Shown: one piece after another, positions 37,885 to 52,000 of the stretch
Position numbering within the stretch: the stretch's first letter is position 1
Layout: each line of letters begins with the position of its first letter
Assembly: GCA_951406725.2 (NCBI GenBank)
Contig: OX597819.1
Span: 27,962,001-28,026,000 of the forward strand
Origin: Octopus vulgaris
Taxonomy: Eukaryota
DNA length: 64,000 bases
Reading direction: 5' to 3'
Notes under the pieces: model-generated
What the model was told of the DNA's origin: nothing
The model's database searches: none
What the model saw: the letters and a program-made list of their open reading frames with translations, nothing else
Position numbers and translations under genes: made by a program

Positions 37885-40800
37885 TATAATACATAATAAA
37901 GGGCCTTATTCAAGGATGCAATATGTTGCCCTGTTCAGGAATTGAACCTATAACCATATGATCATAAATCAGACACTAGGCTATGGGCATTCATATAATT
38001 CTTCACAAGTAGAATAAATATGAATACAGGTAGCTGTTTGCACCCTAAGAAATAAAATTCTACCAGCACAATGAAAAGGTGAGTTTTTAAACCAGAAAAG
38101 AGACTGTACTACACACTTACATGTATGTTTGCTTTCTCTGGAAAAAATAAGTACAACACTTTGTAATCCATAAGAATTATATATTCTTTTTCAGAAATAG
38201 TGTCTTGCATGAAATGTTACATTCTGTTCCATCTGATGTTACAACATAGATATCTTCAGTTTATATTTTCATAGGGCTTCATGCTAATACAAACCAACAA
38301 TAGTCTACCACTCTGATGACTAGAGGTTTTATCTGTTAGCTGACATGTTTTTCATACTAACCTGCCTAAGATCACGTTTGGTCCAATGATACAAATTTCT
38401 TGAAAAGTGATCTAAAATATAAAATATCATCATCATTGTTTAACGTCCATTTTCCATGCTATAGGAAGCCAGGAAGCTGCGCCAGGCTCCAGTCTGATCT
38501 GGCAGTGTTTCTACAGCTGGATGCCCTTCCTAATGTCAACCACTCCTTGAGTGTCATGGCTGCTTTTTACGTGCCACAAGCACAGGTATCTTGACTACAA
38601 TTTCCATTTGATTATTATTTTGATGTTGGTGTTGACGTACTTGACCCAATAGGTCTCGTTCAAACTATCAGCTTAATAATACTGTAACAAAATATTAGTA
38701 ATCAAAACCCAGAAAAATAACACACCAAATAAAGATGCATTGCACTGATTGTCTAGATAAAGTCATCAGTTTCTTGAATGAAGAATTATGAATTCTCAGC
38801 TCATCTGGATGATATTAGTAAAGATCTTGAAGTTACAGTAGAATGTATAATAGAAATACTTAGTAATGGAGTATCAAAATACCAAGGAAAATGACAGTCT
38901 GGTTATTGTTATAGTTTAACCCCAGATTAGACCTATAAGCAATGACTTTTGTGAACATCATGAATCATTGTGTACCTATGTCCCTACTCAGTGTCATTGA
39001 TCAGGCGTGATTTGAGGAAGTATTGTTTGCTATTTCTAGCAGGTTGGCCCACCATGTGGAGTCTCCCATATCGACTCAGGCAGTTTGGTGTTCTAAAGTG
39101 CTAAAATTAAACTATTATACATCAGAAGGAAACAACAAAATTGATAAAAACAAAATTAAAGACACGTTTTTCGTTTTTGTATAAACCCATTTATTTTTTC
39201 TTTACAATTATGAACACAAAAATACTGAGTTCTAGGCATGCCTACAGGCTACAAGAGTATGTAATACAGATCTCGTTTCAAAAGAACACTTATCTTCAGA
39301 TATGTAAACAATTCAAAGTGTTATATTACTGAACTACATTCTTGTAAATTATCTCTGTATGAGGTTTCCTGTATGCAGAATCGTGGATGTAATGAATTAT
39401 GAAAATTGGACTGTTATTTAAACCCATTATAAATAGTTGGTAAAAATATTGCATCTATATAAAAATGTATGACTAAAAGTTAGTCCAGTCTATTTAAGCC
39501 CCAATTCTAACACACATTAAGGCAGTTATAATACAAAAGCAATCATCTTGATATCTGATATGTAGTACACTGTCAACCTGTACAAGCAATGTTGATTTGA
39601 TAGAGTGAGTACAGCACAAATATTTAGTCACTATAAACAAATCATCCGTGCAGATTGTTCAGCAAAAAGTTGCAGAACTGTCTTTCTGAGGCTTGAGAGA
39701 CTATATTTATTGCAATACAAAAGCAATAAAAAATCTTGAATGGGAATATTATGGATTTCCAGCATACACCCAAGGCCTCAAATTTGTGGGATGTATATAA
39801 TTGATTAGATACTTGACTGATACTTATTCTATTGACCTTAGAAGAATGAAAGACAAAGTTGACATTGGAGGGATTTGACCTTAGATTTTAAAGGTAAGAA
39901 CCTAAATACAGTAAGGCATATTGGTTGTTATTTTGCCAGTTTTGCAATTCTACTGTTGAATAATTTAGCAAAATGAAATATAGAAATGTTTTTATAATCC
40001 TGAAAACACCATCTCTCCTGCCCCTAAATCTTTCAAATTTTGACACAAAGCCAGGAATTTTAGGGGAGTGGGTAAGTTGATTTCATCAACCCAGCATTTG
40101 ACACATACATTATTTTATTGGCCTTAAAAGGATGAAAGGCAAAGTCAATAATCCTTTCTACTATAGATATAAGACCTATAAGCAATTTTGAGGGGTTGGA
40201 GCTAGTCAATTACATCAACTACAGTGATAAACTGGTACTTATTTTATCGATCCTGAAAGGATGTAAAGTTCAACTCGGCAGAATTTGAACTCAGAATGTA
40301 GAGACAGATGAAATATCACTAAGCATTGCATCTGGTGTGCGAACAATCCTACCAGTTCGCCACCTTAAAAAATCGATTAATAATAACACATGTAAAAGTT
40401 TTCTAATTATGTAATTTGTTAGTAAAAATTAAAATGTATTTCATTAGCAAACTTTTTCAGCAATATTTTTAAAAGCAACTGAGTATAAATTTATATAGAA
40501 AAAAATTTAATTTGCTTTGAGCAAACAAAACACCGTAAATGATTCACAACTATTGATAGAATAAGATTTATAATAAAATAATTGTTTCAATGTAGAAAAG
40601 CAGAATATTATCTTGAATTTAAACAGCTTTCTTCACTTCAAATAATTTGGTATTTTAAGACTACAATTATACTACCTTTTTTAGTAATAATTTGCTGTAT
40701 CATTTTTATTCAAGAGAAATTTGAAATCTACCAGTTTATAAATCAAATCTAGCTATATGCAGTGTTTTAAATGGTCCTTAGTGAAAGTGACTTATCAGAA

Positions 40801-41543
40801 AGCACTGTTTCATTGAAAATAATCCCCACTACAAAAACATTGAAGTGAATACTGCAGAGGTTGTCTTCCAAAGGAAAACCAAAAGTAAGGATTGTTATCA
40901 GTGAATAATAATTACTTAAGAAATGTGGTCAAGCAATTCTTGAGCTTTGTGTAAACAAATAAAACATATTTTAAAAATACGTTGGAATGATGTTCATATG
41001 AATTGGCCACTGTAAGGAAATGGGTATGACAAATATTTTTAATAATGTTACTGTACTGTCTGTATAATAAAATGTAATAAAATATAAAGTGACAACATGC
41101 AGACATTTCTCAACCTTAATTCAGAAACGAATGTTTGCGAGAATTCTGATGGAGTCACTGGAATGCTTAATATTTAACTTGACATTGTGGCTTAATACTA
41201 AACATGTAGCTATCATTCTAAAATTATAATCAAATGTACACAATTTTTTGTTATATAAAAAAATTGAAATCAAGTTGATTAAAACTACATCAAAAAATAT
41301 GTTGAAAGATATTTAAAAAAAAAAAAAAGAGTTCAATGATTAAAACCTAAGAAATAATAGAAATAGTAAAAAGAATTTAGTGAATGAAATTCTTTTGTGT
41401 GTGTTTTAGCCCACATATATATATATTTCTTGTTTTTGTTTCGGTCTTCTGAAATATGTAACTGAATTATAATTTGAATAAGATAGAGATGATTTTTGAA
41501 GGCATCTCATTGTAATTAATCAAGACAAATATAAGGTTTACCA

Positions 41544-44500
41544 TCAGTCATTAAGCTTATTTTTATAAGAATCTCGCAAAATTCTACGTAGTATTTTCCC
41601 AGCTGCTGATTTTGGAATTTCAGATACTAATTCCACACCTCCTCGGAGCTGCTTGTATGGAGCAACATTAGCTGAATATAAAGAAAAAAAAGAGAGAAAA
41701 CAGAAAGGAACATTATTAAGATACTACTGACATTTTTGTCTAAATTTTATCATTAAAAATAAGAAATCTAGATTGGTTTCCTTTTGTTTTTCAATACCAT
41801 GGGACAATTTAAAGTCATCTTTGAAAACTAATATAACGGTGCCCAGTTAATAAATGGAGTACCTCTCAAGGCCACAAACCGACAAAGTCTTTTGAGGTTT
41901 AAAGATAGAATGCCTCATGGTATTTGTTTCAACTCTCTTTGTGCTCTGAATTAAAATCCATGGTCAGCTTTGCTTTTCATCCATTCAGCATCACAAAAAT
42001 ATCATTTTGTCAGTCCAATAAAATGAATTGGTAGAACTGTTTGAGTGTCAGATGAACTGCTTTGCAGTCTTTGTACTGATTTCTTGTGTTCTGATAGCAA
42101 TATGTTTGATGATTCTAATGCCAAGCTGCATTCGTTTTTTAAAAAATGCCTTTCCCTTGAACAACATGAGGGCAAAGAAAAGTGACTTGCATACACAGAC
42201 ACCTGCTAGTCTCCCACTAGAAAGAAAGAAACAACCTTGTAAAGGCCTGCACATAGAGATGCAGATAAATAGTCAACCATGACAGACAGAGGCTCTGGAC
42301 TATCTCTCACTGTGAGCAACTGCCCAGTCTCCCTATGCTTCAAGAAGGCACGGTAGCAGGCATTAACTGTGGGTGACCTAATTACCTACATATATCTCCT
42401 TTACTAATCTATGGCATTGTGTCAAATTGTGTAATCAATTTATGCATTTATTCAATGGATGTCTACCATGTAGCAGATGACTACTTTTGTGTGACACAAC
42501 TTAGCAAACTGACACAATATGTTCAGGTGTTTAATGTTGATTCTTAAAAATTTAATTCTTCTGTACATGGCTATGGGCATCATTTTTACCATAATATATT
42601 TCTAAATCTATCTCAAATCAATAAGAGAGCCTTTATATGGGTGCTCAACTGTTAGAAATAGCAACGAAATTTTCCTTAAATCCCATACTACTATCTTACA
42701 GAAACTGATAACTGATACCACATTGGGTCACACAGTGTGAAATACATGATGCCTGAAATAAACATAGGATGGTAATAGACTATAAGTCTACTTAATCACT
42801 TATGAACTGGGGTAAAATAGCAACAAACAATTCTCGCTTTCTTGCCTTGTCTAAGATACAGAAACCAGGTCAAAGATTAAATGAATATACCTGTATTACT
42901 AATTCAAATTTTATCTACTAAAATGAAAATCCCAAATTCTTAGTAGAGTCTGACAAAACACAAAAATAAACTTTACTGGAATTGAATTAAGTGCACAACT
43001 ATTAAATCAATGGTTTACATGGACAGAACTGAATGGTGAATTTTGTATTGTTATTTTTCACATTTCACATGCTCCGTTTATTATGAAATTAGCCATAAAC
43101 TAATGGCGTATGTATGTTTAGAAACAATTTTAGTGTTTAAATTTATGAAGAAGCTTCATTTGAGAAAGAGGGACCTTGTCTATAGAAGATTTTGACTTTG
43201 TTACAATGAAGTCTAATTTTGGCATATGCCAGCAATTTTGGGGCAAAGGGGTAAGTTTATTACATCAACCCTGAAAGAATGAAAGGCAAAGCTGACAGCA
43301 GCATTTCAACTCAGAACATAAAGAGCCAGAAGAAATCTTGCTTAGCATTATTATCTAATATACCAATGATTCTGCCAGCTCACTGCCTTACGAAATTCCA
43401 GTAGTTGTAGTTGTGGAAGGGAAAAGACATTAAATTATTTAAAATTGCTTAAAGGTGGGAGCAAAGGAAGACACATAGTTTGAGTGAGCTAGGGAGAGTA
43501 ATGTTCAGCAAACATCATCATCATTGTCGCTGGCATGGGTTGGATGGTTTGATTGATAACTGATGAGCTGGGGATCTGCACCAGGTTCCGATCTAATTTG
43601 GTATGGCTTCAAAGGCTGGATGCCCTTCCTAACACCAACCACTCCAAGAGTGTAGTGAGTGCTTTTTACATGCCAAATTGAGAAGCAGCACCAGGTTCCA
43701 CTGTTCAAATAGTAGTGGTAGAAGAGACATGAATAGTGAGCCACTGAGAATAGAGCAGCATAAATGAGTGAAAACTTGCACACAAAAAATTTACTCTCTT
43801 TTACTTGTTTCAGTCATTAGACTGTGGCCATGCTGGAGCACCACCTTTAGATGAGCAAACCGACCCCAGGACTTATTCTTTGTAAGCCTAGTACTTATTC
43901 TATCGGTCTCTTTTGTCAAACTACTAATTTATGGGGACGTAAACACACCACCATCGGTTGTCAAGCAATGTTGGCGGGGACAAACACAGACACACAAACA
44001 TATACACACACATACATATATACAGATACATATATACGACAGGCTTTTTTCAGTTTCTGTCTACCAAATCCACTCACAATTGTGCATATTTAAAAAAAAT
44101 TTTTCATTCATTTTATCACTTAATCAAAAGAAGAGCAACCAACATTTATGACGTTTTTAAAGATCTCTGAGATTGATGGAAAGGAAGAAGATAATCTTAG
44201 AAGGAGAAAATGTTCAAAATCTTGGAATACTATACACTTTATTAAAGCTGTGAAAGGTCAGGTGATATTAAATAAGTCAATTATTAAAACTAGTACCATA
44301 AATGAAATGGTTCTATTAACAGACAGATTTTGTAATCTTGAAGCTATTATAGATAACAATTATTCAAGACGCTGCACAATGGGATTGGCCCACAAGCCAT
44401 ATAACTGTAAACTACACAGTTCTGCCTGCATCCAGTTTTTGTATGTGAAAGAGTAGAGTGGAGAAATTTATGCATGCCTTGAAGATGAAGTGGAGTAGAT

Positions 44501-47500
44501 TCTTATAATGATTTCAGTATTTTCTAAATAATTAAATATCTCCTCTAATTTTAACTCCTTATTTTCCATTTGTTTAATGAAAGCAAACATAAATTATAAA
44601 ATTTAAGTAAAATGTATACCTTTAACGAAATTCAAAACATCTTCCTCACGTATGGTGCTTTTATCATTAGTGACAACATAAGCTCGAGGTAATTCTCCAG
44701 CTTTCTCATCTGGGATACCTATCACAGCACAGTCTTTAATATCAGGATGTGTAATTAGTAGAGCTTCTAATTCAGCTGGAGGCACCTAGCGGAATAAAAA
44801 AATTAAATAAGAGTACTTAAATTTATGTTTATTTAAAAAAAGAAGCCTAACTTATCTCAAGAATGCATGCAAATGTAAAAAGAACATGAGAGTAAATTAG
44901 AACCTAATCCATTAATTATAATTGTAAATTTTAGAATTAATGGTTAAACTTGAAGAAAACTTGGAAAGTAATTCTTGAAATATCTGCTTCCTCCTCCTCC
45001 TTGCCATTACTGATGCAGCCACCTTCGACAACCTCATAATATCCACTGTCCTATACTTTCATCAGTCAGATGAAACTTTGTTAAGGTAGACATTCTGTGG
45101 CTTGATGCTCTTTCAGTCATCAGCCCTCACCTGTCTTCAAGCAAAGTAATATTTCCTCTGGTCCCTTTGAGAAACAAACAGCTCAATGGCTGGACATATT
45201 TTCAAAGTAGATTGTAATCAAAGATACCATTTGTATAGATTGTGAGATTATTTTTGATCAGCATTCAAATGCAATACACACACACACACACACATGTATA
45301 TATAGTGTGTGTGCTCGCATGTATATATATATAGATAGATATATATAACGTACAAAAAGACAAAAAAAAAGAGTGAAAATCAAACAGGGTATATGAGGTT
45401 GGCAGTCGAAAATTAGAAGCTTTTAACATTTTGAGCCTATGCTCTCTACAGATAGGACAGATGAAGATACACAAAAACAAAAAAAACTACAGAAGAGAAC
45501 AAATGTGTCTCAATTAGACAGTCACACACACATGTGCGCATGTGCACATGCAACAGGTTTCTTACAGTTTCTGTTTGCCAATTCTTTTCACAGAGTATTT
45601 ATCAGCCGAAGACCATAGTAGCAAACATCTATTGGAAACACATGCTAAAACATACCATTCTGAAGAAACACTTCTTAACCATATAACTATGTCCATGTCT
45701 TTAATAACAAGAATAATGCAGTTACCTGAAAGCCTTTATATTTGATGAGCTCCTTCAACCGATCTGTGATGTAAAAATGTCCATCCTCATCATAATGTGC
45801 AAGATCACCTATAGTTTAAAGTAACAGCAATAAACATTTGAATGGATTAATTTTGTATAACTTATCTTTTTTGTTGTCTTCCAGACATTAATGTTGTTGT
45901 TAAAATAAAATTTAGATTATAAATTCAAATGACATTTCATTATATATATATATATATATATATATATAGGATTTTAAAGCTATTTTTGAAAAATTTCTAA
46001 GTGTACATTGAATTAAAACCGAAGGGAAGAAGAATAGGAATAATGGAGAAATATCTAAGATTAAACGAAAAGTATAATTTAGACCCAATTATAAATAATA
46101 AAGACGATAATAACAAAAATTGCGTAAATAAAGATACAAAGAATAATAATATAAACACAATTAAAAATAAATTAATATGATTGATAGTCTCTTATGGGAT
46201 TCAAGTTAAAAGTAATATTATAAAAGTAATAACTAAAACTATAGAATCCTTTATTATAGAAAACAAAAAATATATGGACTTATTCTCTAAAAATAATATA
46301 GAAGTGGGATATTCTACTACCAACAACGTAGAGAACATTATTTCATCACTTAATAAACATAAGTTGAATAAATATTACCATGATAAATTAAATAGGTATC
46401 CTAATAATAAGGCTAGAGACTTAAAAATTGCAATTGTAGGGATAAAAATCACTGTAAAATTTAAAGGTAGATGTAATTTAACTGATGTAGTATATAAATG
46501 TGTGGTTTCTGTAAACGAAAATAAGAATGATAAGAGTGAAATAAATAATAATAATATAAATATTGAAAGAAATTCAGAGAGAACATATATTGGTTCAACA
46601 TCGAATAATATTAAACAATGAATAGCACAGCATATGAATTCATTGAAAAATAAGAAATTAATGAACTCGACAGGTTTGAGTAAATACATCTGAAGTTTAA
46701 AATTGAAAGGAATTAAATATAAAATTAAGTGGGAAATAATAAGTAAAACCAAATCGTATAGAATTGGGAATAGACTTTGTTTGTTGTGTACCCATGAATT
46801 CATGGAGATATTATGGGCAAAAAGTAAACTACTTAATGCACAGGATGAAAGAAAGATTAAATGTAAACACAAACTGAAGTGGTTAATTAATAAAATCTAA
46901 TCCTCAAGCAAATAAACATAAGTTAATTGTTAGAAATTATTATTAGATACTATTATTTAAATTTAACTTACCATTTGAGTTGGGGAATAATGGTTGTTTG
47001 GTGGTTGGAGGGTGGGTGAATAAAAATGAAAGAAAGGATGAATTGTTCCCATAATGCATTTATTTCCTGTCCCACTGTCAGTAATATACTAATAACATAA
47101 TAGTTTAAAAGAAACTGATGGTGTGTATGAGTATAAATACTTTTACAGAACCTTGCAGTGTAAATTGGAACTAGTTCAATTTAGCGCCATGATATCCAGG
47201 GGTAGAAGGAAAATATTCTTTTACATTTTAACTTTTACATTTTAAAATAAGTTTACTATATTAATTCTAATTATATTAATTTATAAATTAATTCCCATAT
47301 ATATAATTTTTTCATTTTTAAATGTTTTTCCATATATATTTTTTTTCCATTGACTTTTTTCATATCTTCATTCGTATTTTACGTGTAATATTCACCTGAA
47401 TTTTTGTTATCCGTATTAGTTTCCATTCGTCTCTTAATCATCCTCTTCATTTTGATATATATATATCTCTTATAATGTTATATTTTCTTCTCATTAGTAT

Positions 47501-48673
47501 ATTTTTTTTCTGCATTCGTATATATTTTTCATTTATATATATTCTTTTAGGCGTAGCTCACATTTAATTCTTAATTGTTAATTAATTATGTCTTAAACTG
47601 CTGGGTTCAATGAAATTATTTACACATCTATATGTTTTGACATACTAGGAATTTATTTATACATCGGTTTAGTTTGACATACTTTTAAGTTGGAATATAT
47701 AATGATAGATAAAGTTATAAATGGTGGATAGGTGGACCTGAAGTTGGGGTTGTATATAAGGGGAGGTTCTGTCTCTAATTGATACTTTGATATATATATA
47801 TATATATATATATATGGTGTGTGTATGTACACACACACAGCACGTTTCTTTCAGTTTCTGTCTCACAACTCCATTCAAAGGGCTTTGGCTGGCCTGGAGC
47901 TATAATAGAAGACACTTGCCCAAGGCACCACACAGTTGAACTGAACTTGGGATCATGTGGTTGGGAAACAAACTTTTTATCATACAGCCATACCTGTACA
48001 TATACAAAAATTTTTATTAAGTCATATTACACAAACCACCACCAGTGTAGTGATGGAGAAAGTAAGAGGGTGGACATGATAGCAGGGAGGACTAGATGAG
48101 GCACAGGAGAAAAGGATTAGTATCAGGTGTTGGCAAGAAGGGGGTTATGTATGTAGGGATCTAGTGACAGCGCACATTATAAAGGTGGGTACAGGTGGAA
48201 GATGTGAGAGGAAGCAGCAGCGAGAGAAATAAGTGAGGGGAGTTATGGATCTGTAAAGAGGAGATGGGGGAAAATGAGAGGGTGGAAGGTGAGATGATTG
48301 AAAAGCTGTGGAGATAGGAATATTTATCAACATTTATTAAAACCCTACCTGAATACAACCAGCCATCTCTGATCATATCAGCAGTAGCTTCTGGTCGGTG
48401 TAAATAGCCTTTCATTACTTGTGGACCTTTGATACATAGCTCCCCCGTTTGCATTGGGCCTAAGATTTCGTTTGTTTCAGGATCAATTATCTAGCAAAGA
48501 TACAAAGACGTTCAACATCATTTATACAAAATTAACTCTGCGTGTGTGTGTGTCTCACACTCACTCTCTCTCTATTTTGGAGACAAGTATCAACATTTCC
48601 AAGTGGTTTGCTTAAACAATTGTGGAGATCTCTTCCACATGAAGCCAATGGTTGCCATGTTAAACCACAAAAA

Positions 48674-48724
<51 letters not shown>

Positions 48725-48987
48725 TCATCATCATTTAATGTCCATTTTTCATGCTGACAAGAGCTGGTCAGACTCCAATTGTCTGTTTTGGCATGGTTTC
48801 TACAACTGGATGCTCTTCCTAATGCCAACAACTTTACAGAGTGTGGTGGGTGCATTTTACATGGCAACGGCACCTGTAAGACAAAGACCTCTCAGCTGGG
48901 AGAGGGAGTGAAGGAATGGTCATGAAGAGTATACCTGTGTGGCCATACCCACCTCCCTCTCCCAGGCCTGTTTGTCTGCCTGCCTGC

Positions 48988-49024
<37 letters not shown>

Positions 49025-52000
49025 CATATATACTCCTTTTCTCTTTTACTTGTTTCAGTCATGCAGCCGTGGTCATGCTGGAGCACCACCATGGTCTTTC
49101 TGACTTCTTCAGGGTATTCTCACAGATAACAACGATCAGAGCATAGATGTGATGGTAGAGGAGTAAGGAAAAAAACATTATATACATGCATGCCTGTCTG
49201 TCTGTAAGTATGTATGTGTGTATGTATGCATGTATGTATGTACATATGTATGGATGGATGGACAGATGGCTAGCTAACAAAATCTAATACACAATATTTA
49301 GATGGAAATGTTTAATAACTAAAACATTTATAAATTTGGTTTGTTATATTTTAAAGCAGTTGTAATTCTAAAGAGAAAGAGATATTTACCTTTGCAGCAG
49401 TATTAGGTACCAAAGTTCCAACAGAACCTTCGTGACGAATTGGTGGTACACTCAAATGAACAACAGGGCTTGTTTCAGTCAGACCATAGCCTATTGCAGA
49501 ACAATAAATATGGAGCAGACAATTATCTCTATACATAAAAGTGGACATAAAATGATGATGATGACAATGATAATGATGATGACAATGATATGATACATAT
49601 AATATGAAAGAGCACTGGGTGCTTCCTAACCAACACTCTCTATCAACCTTACCACTCTCTCCCTCTCTTTCATAGTAACTCCAGACTCCACTCTGTCTCC
49701 TCAATTATTTCTCCTTCCAACAGTTTTTTTCTCTCCAATACTATCCTCTCACAACAACAAATCCGTTTCTTTTACTATCCTTTAATCTATACTCATTTAG
49801 ATATGGCCTTGTGAGTTACACAGCAACCTCTCTAGTGCTGGTGCCACAAGAAAAGCACTCAGTAAACTTTATGAAGTTATTAACAAATCAAACAGTAACA
49901 AAACAGGGTTGAGATGATTATTTAGTTTCGCCAAGTACAAAATAATCTCTACAGTTCTAGTGCAATGAAAAGAAATGCACCTGGCCCACTCTGGTTGATG
50001 TAATGAAGGGATTCACACAGAATTCACACCAAAACTGACACACTGAGTTAAGATGTATAACTTGAACATTAGATAATTGTAGCATTATTTCAGACATCTT
50101 TATATATAAAACTAAAGTTGTGTGTGTGTCTGTCAACTCCGATTTAGATTCCTAACTACTCCCACATTTTGCTGTGCAGTTTAACCAAAAGTGGGTATCT
50201 TATAGTAGTGATTCATATCGAGCCCTTCTGGGTATTAGCGCGCGTCTACGATGAGTCTACAATTTAAAAAAAAATTTACCATAATTTTTCCGCATTTTTA
50301 ATGACTTTTTGCTCGGTTTATATAAGGGAAGTAACTCTCTAAAAATGCTTATATAGTTATTTCCCTTACAAACCCGAGCAACGCCGGGCGATACTGCTAG
50401 TAATTACATAAAAAATATACAATCAAAAGAGATTGGTGTTTGTCTGTATTATTTAGAGAATTCAACAAAAAGGGTGCAGTGGACTTGAGAGTCCATCTTC
50501 AGAGAAAAGTAAACAGCAGTGGGGAGGAGGGGGAGAGTTTTCTAACTTAGAAGAAGTAAAACTCTGCTGTGTCTTATTAATTTCTCTCCTGAAGAAGGAT
50601 TCTGTCAGATTTGTTGGGTCTTTCACTCCTCATGGTAAAGTCACTTTTTGCTGATTTTATTAATATATCATAAAATATAAATATCGATATGTGATTGCCA
50701 TTTTGAGGTGATGGGCGGGGGAATTAAATTGTAGTGTGATGCTTTTCAGTAAATTTGTATCAATATATTCTGAGAAATAGGTGAAATTAGTGACATGTAG
50801 AGTATCCAACTGTAAAACCATGCCTCAAAATCAATTCCAGTTCAAGCCATGGTAGCATATATGTCTTTCCTTGTCTCTCAGTTGTTAATTGCACAGTATT
50901 AGTTGACAGACAGACATAGAATGCAGAAACAAGATCTTTGTTAGAAAGACAAACTATAATGAGCATAACAGCAAAACTCAAATTTAGAGCCACATGGTCA
51001 GTAGGATAACACCTTAAATTCACTGCTACTGCATTTACATCCTTTCTGCCACAAAATAAACAAAAAAGTTAATTAGAATATATCATTTACCTTGGATCAT
51101 TTCTTGAACACCAAGTCTTTCCTTACATTCTAACAGAAGTTCTTTACCAAGTGGAGCAGCTCCTGAAAATATTCTTCTGATTGCAGAGAGATCGTGATCT
51201 TCTACAAGAGGGTGTTTAGCCAAAAACAAGATCAATGGAGGAACCAAGTGTGCACAGGTTATCTGTAACATAGAAACAAAATAAATTAATTGATAGAGAC
51301 ATTATTTATACAGAATTTTTATGACAGAAAACTTATGAATTTAAAATTTTGTAAAAAAACTTATTGGATTGTCAAAGCCCTACAAAAGTTTTGGAATGAC
51401 AAAGTAGATAAAGTATTGAATTACTGATTCTTGTTCATAATTTATATTATTTTTTATGGGTAAGTTAAAGGAAAAAGGGCACAAAAAATCAAAACAGCTG
51501 CAGGATCTTCAAAACTGTTGAAGAAAAAAGGGGGAAACTACTATAATTCATGGATTGCTGCCGATCATTATTTCTATCCCTGTAAGAAGACATAGGTGCA
51601 AGTGAGTCTGTCAGCAAAAAAGGCAATTTCTTGAAGTGTTACTCATGAGGTGAGGCTCTTCAGCAGCAAGCCAGATACACAAGAACCTAACCCCATGAGT
51701 AACATTCTGAAGATTACTGACACTGGTACTCTAACAAAAAGTGACTCTACACAAAATAATATGCAGTGGGGAGGCAGCACATAATGGTATTAAGTCATTC
51801 TTACACCAGAGTCTTGTTTGTTACACAGTGATCCTCCCAAAATGGAGGTCGATGTGTTAAACTGTGTGACAAGTTAGAGTTACTGTCCAAGCAAACATTT
51901 CACTATATCCTGAGCAAGTTAGTTTTATATGCCTCAGTTCATTTATCTGTAGAAATTTTACTGTTACTTTTGACAGATTAACACCCCTATAATCAAGCAT

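Noticed and set aside
33665-41500. KAT14/CSRP2BP downstream of PET117 as in vertebrates
   Set aside because: No recognisable exons; the region holds mariners, SINEs and probable UTR.
50470-50620. CTGAAGA plus stem-loop motifs
   Set aside because: No GAAA follows stem II.
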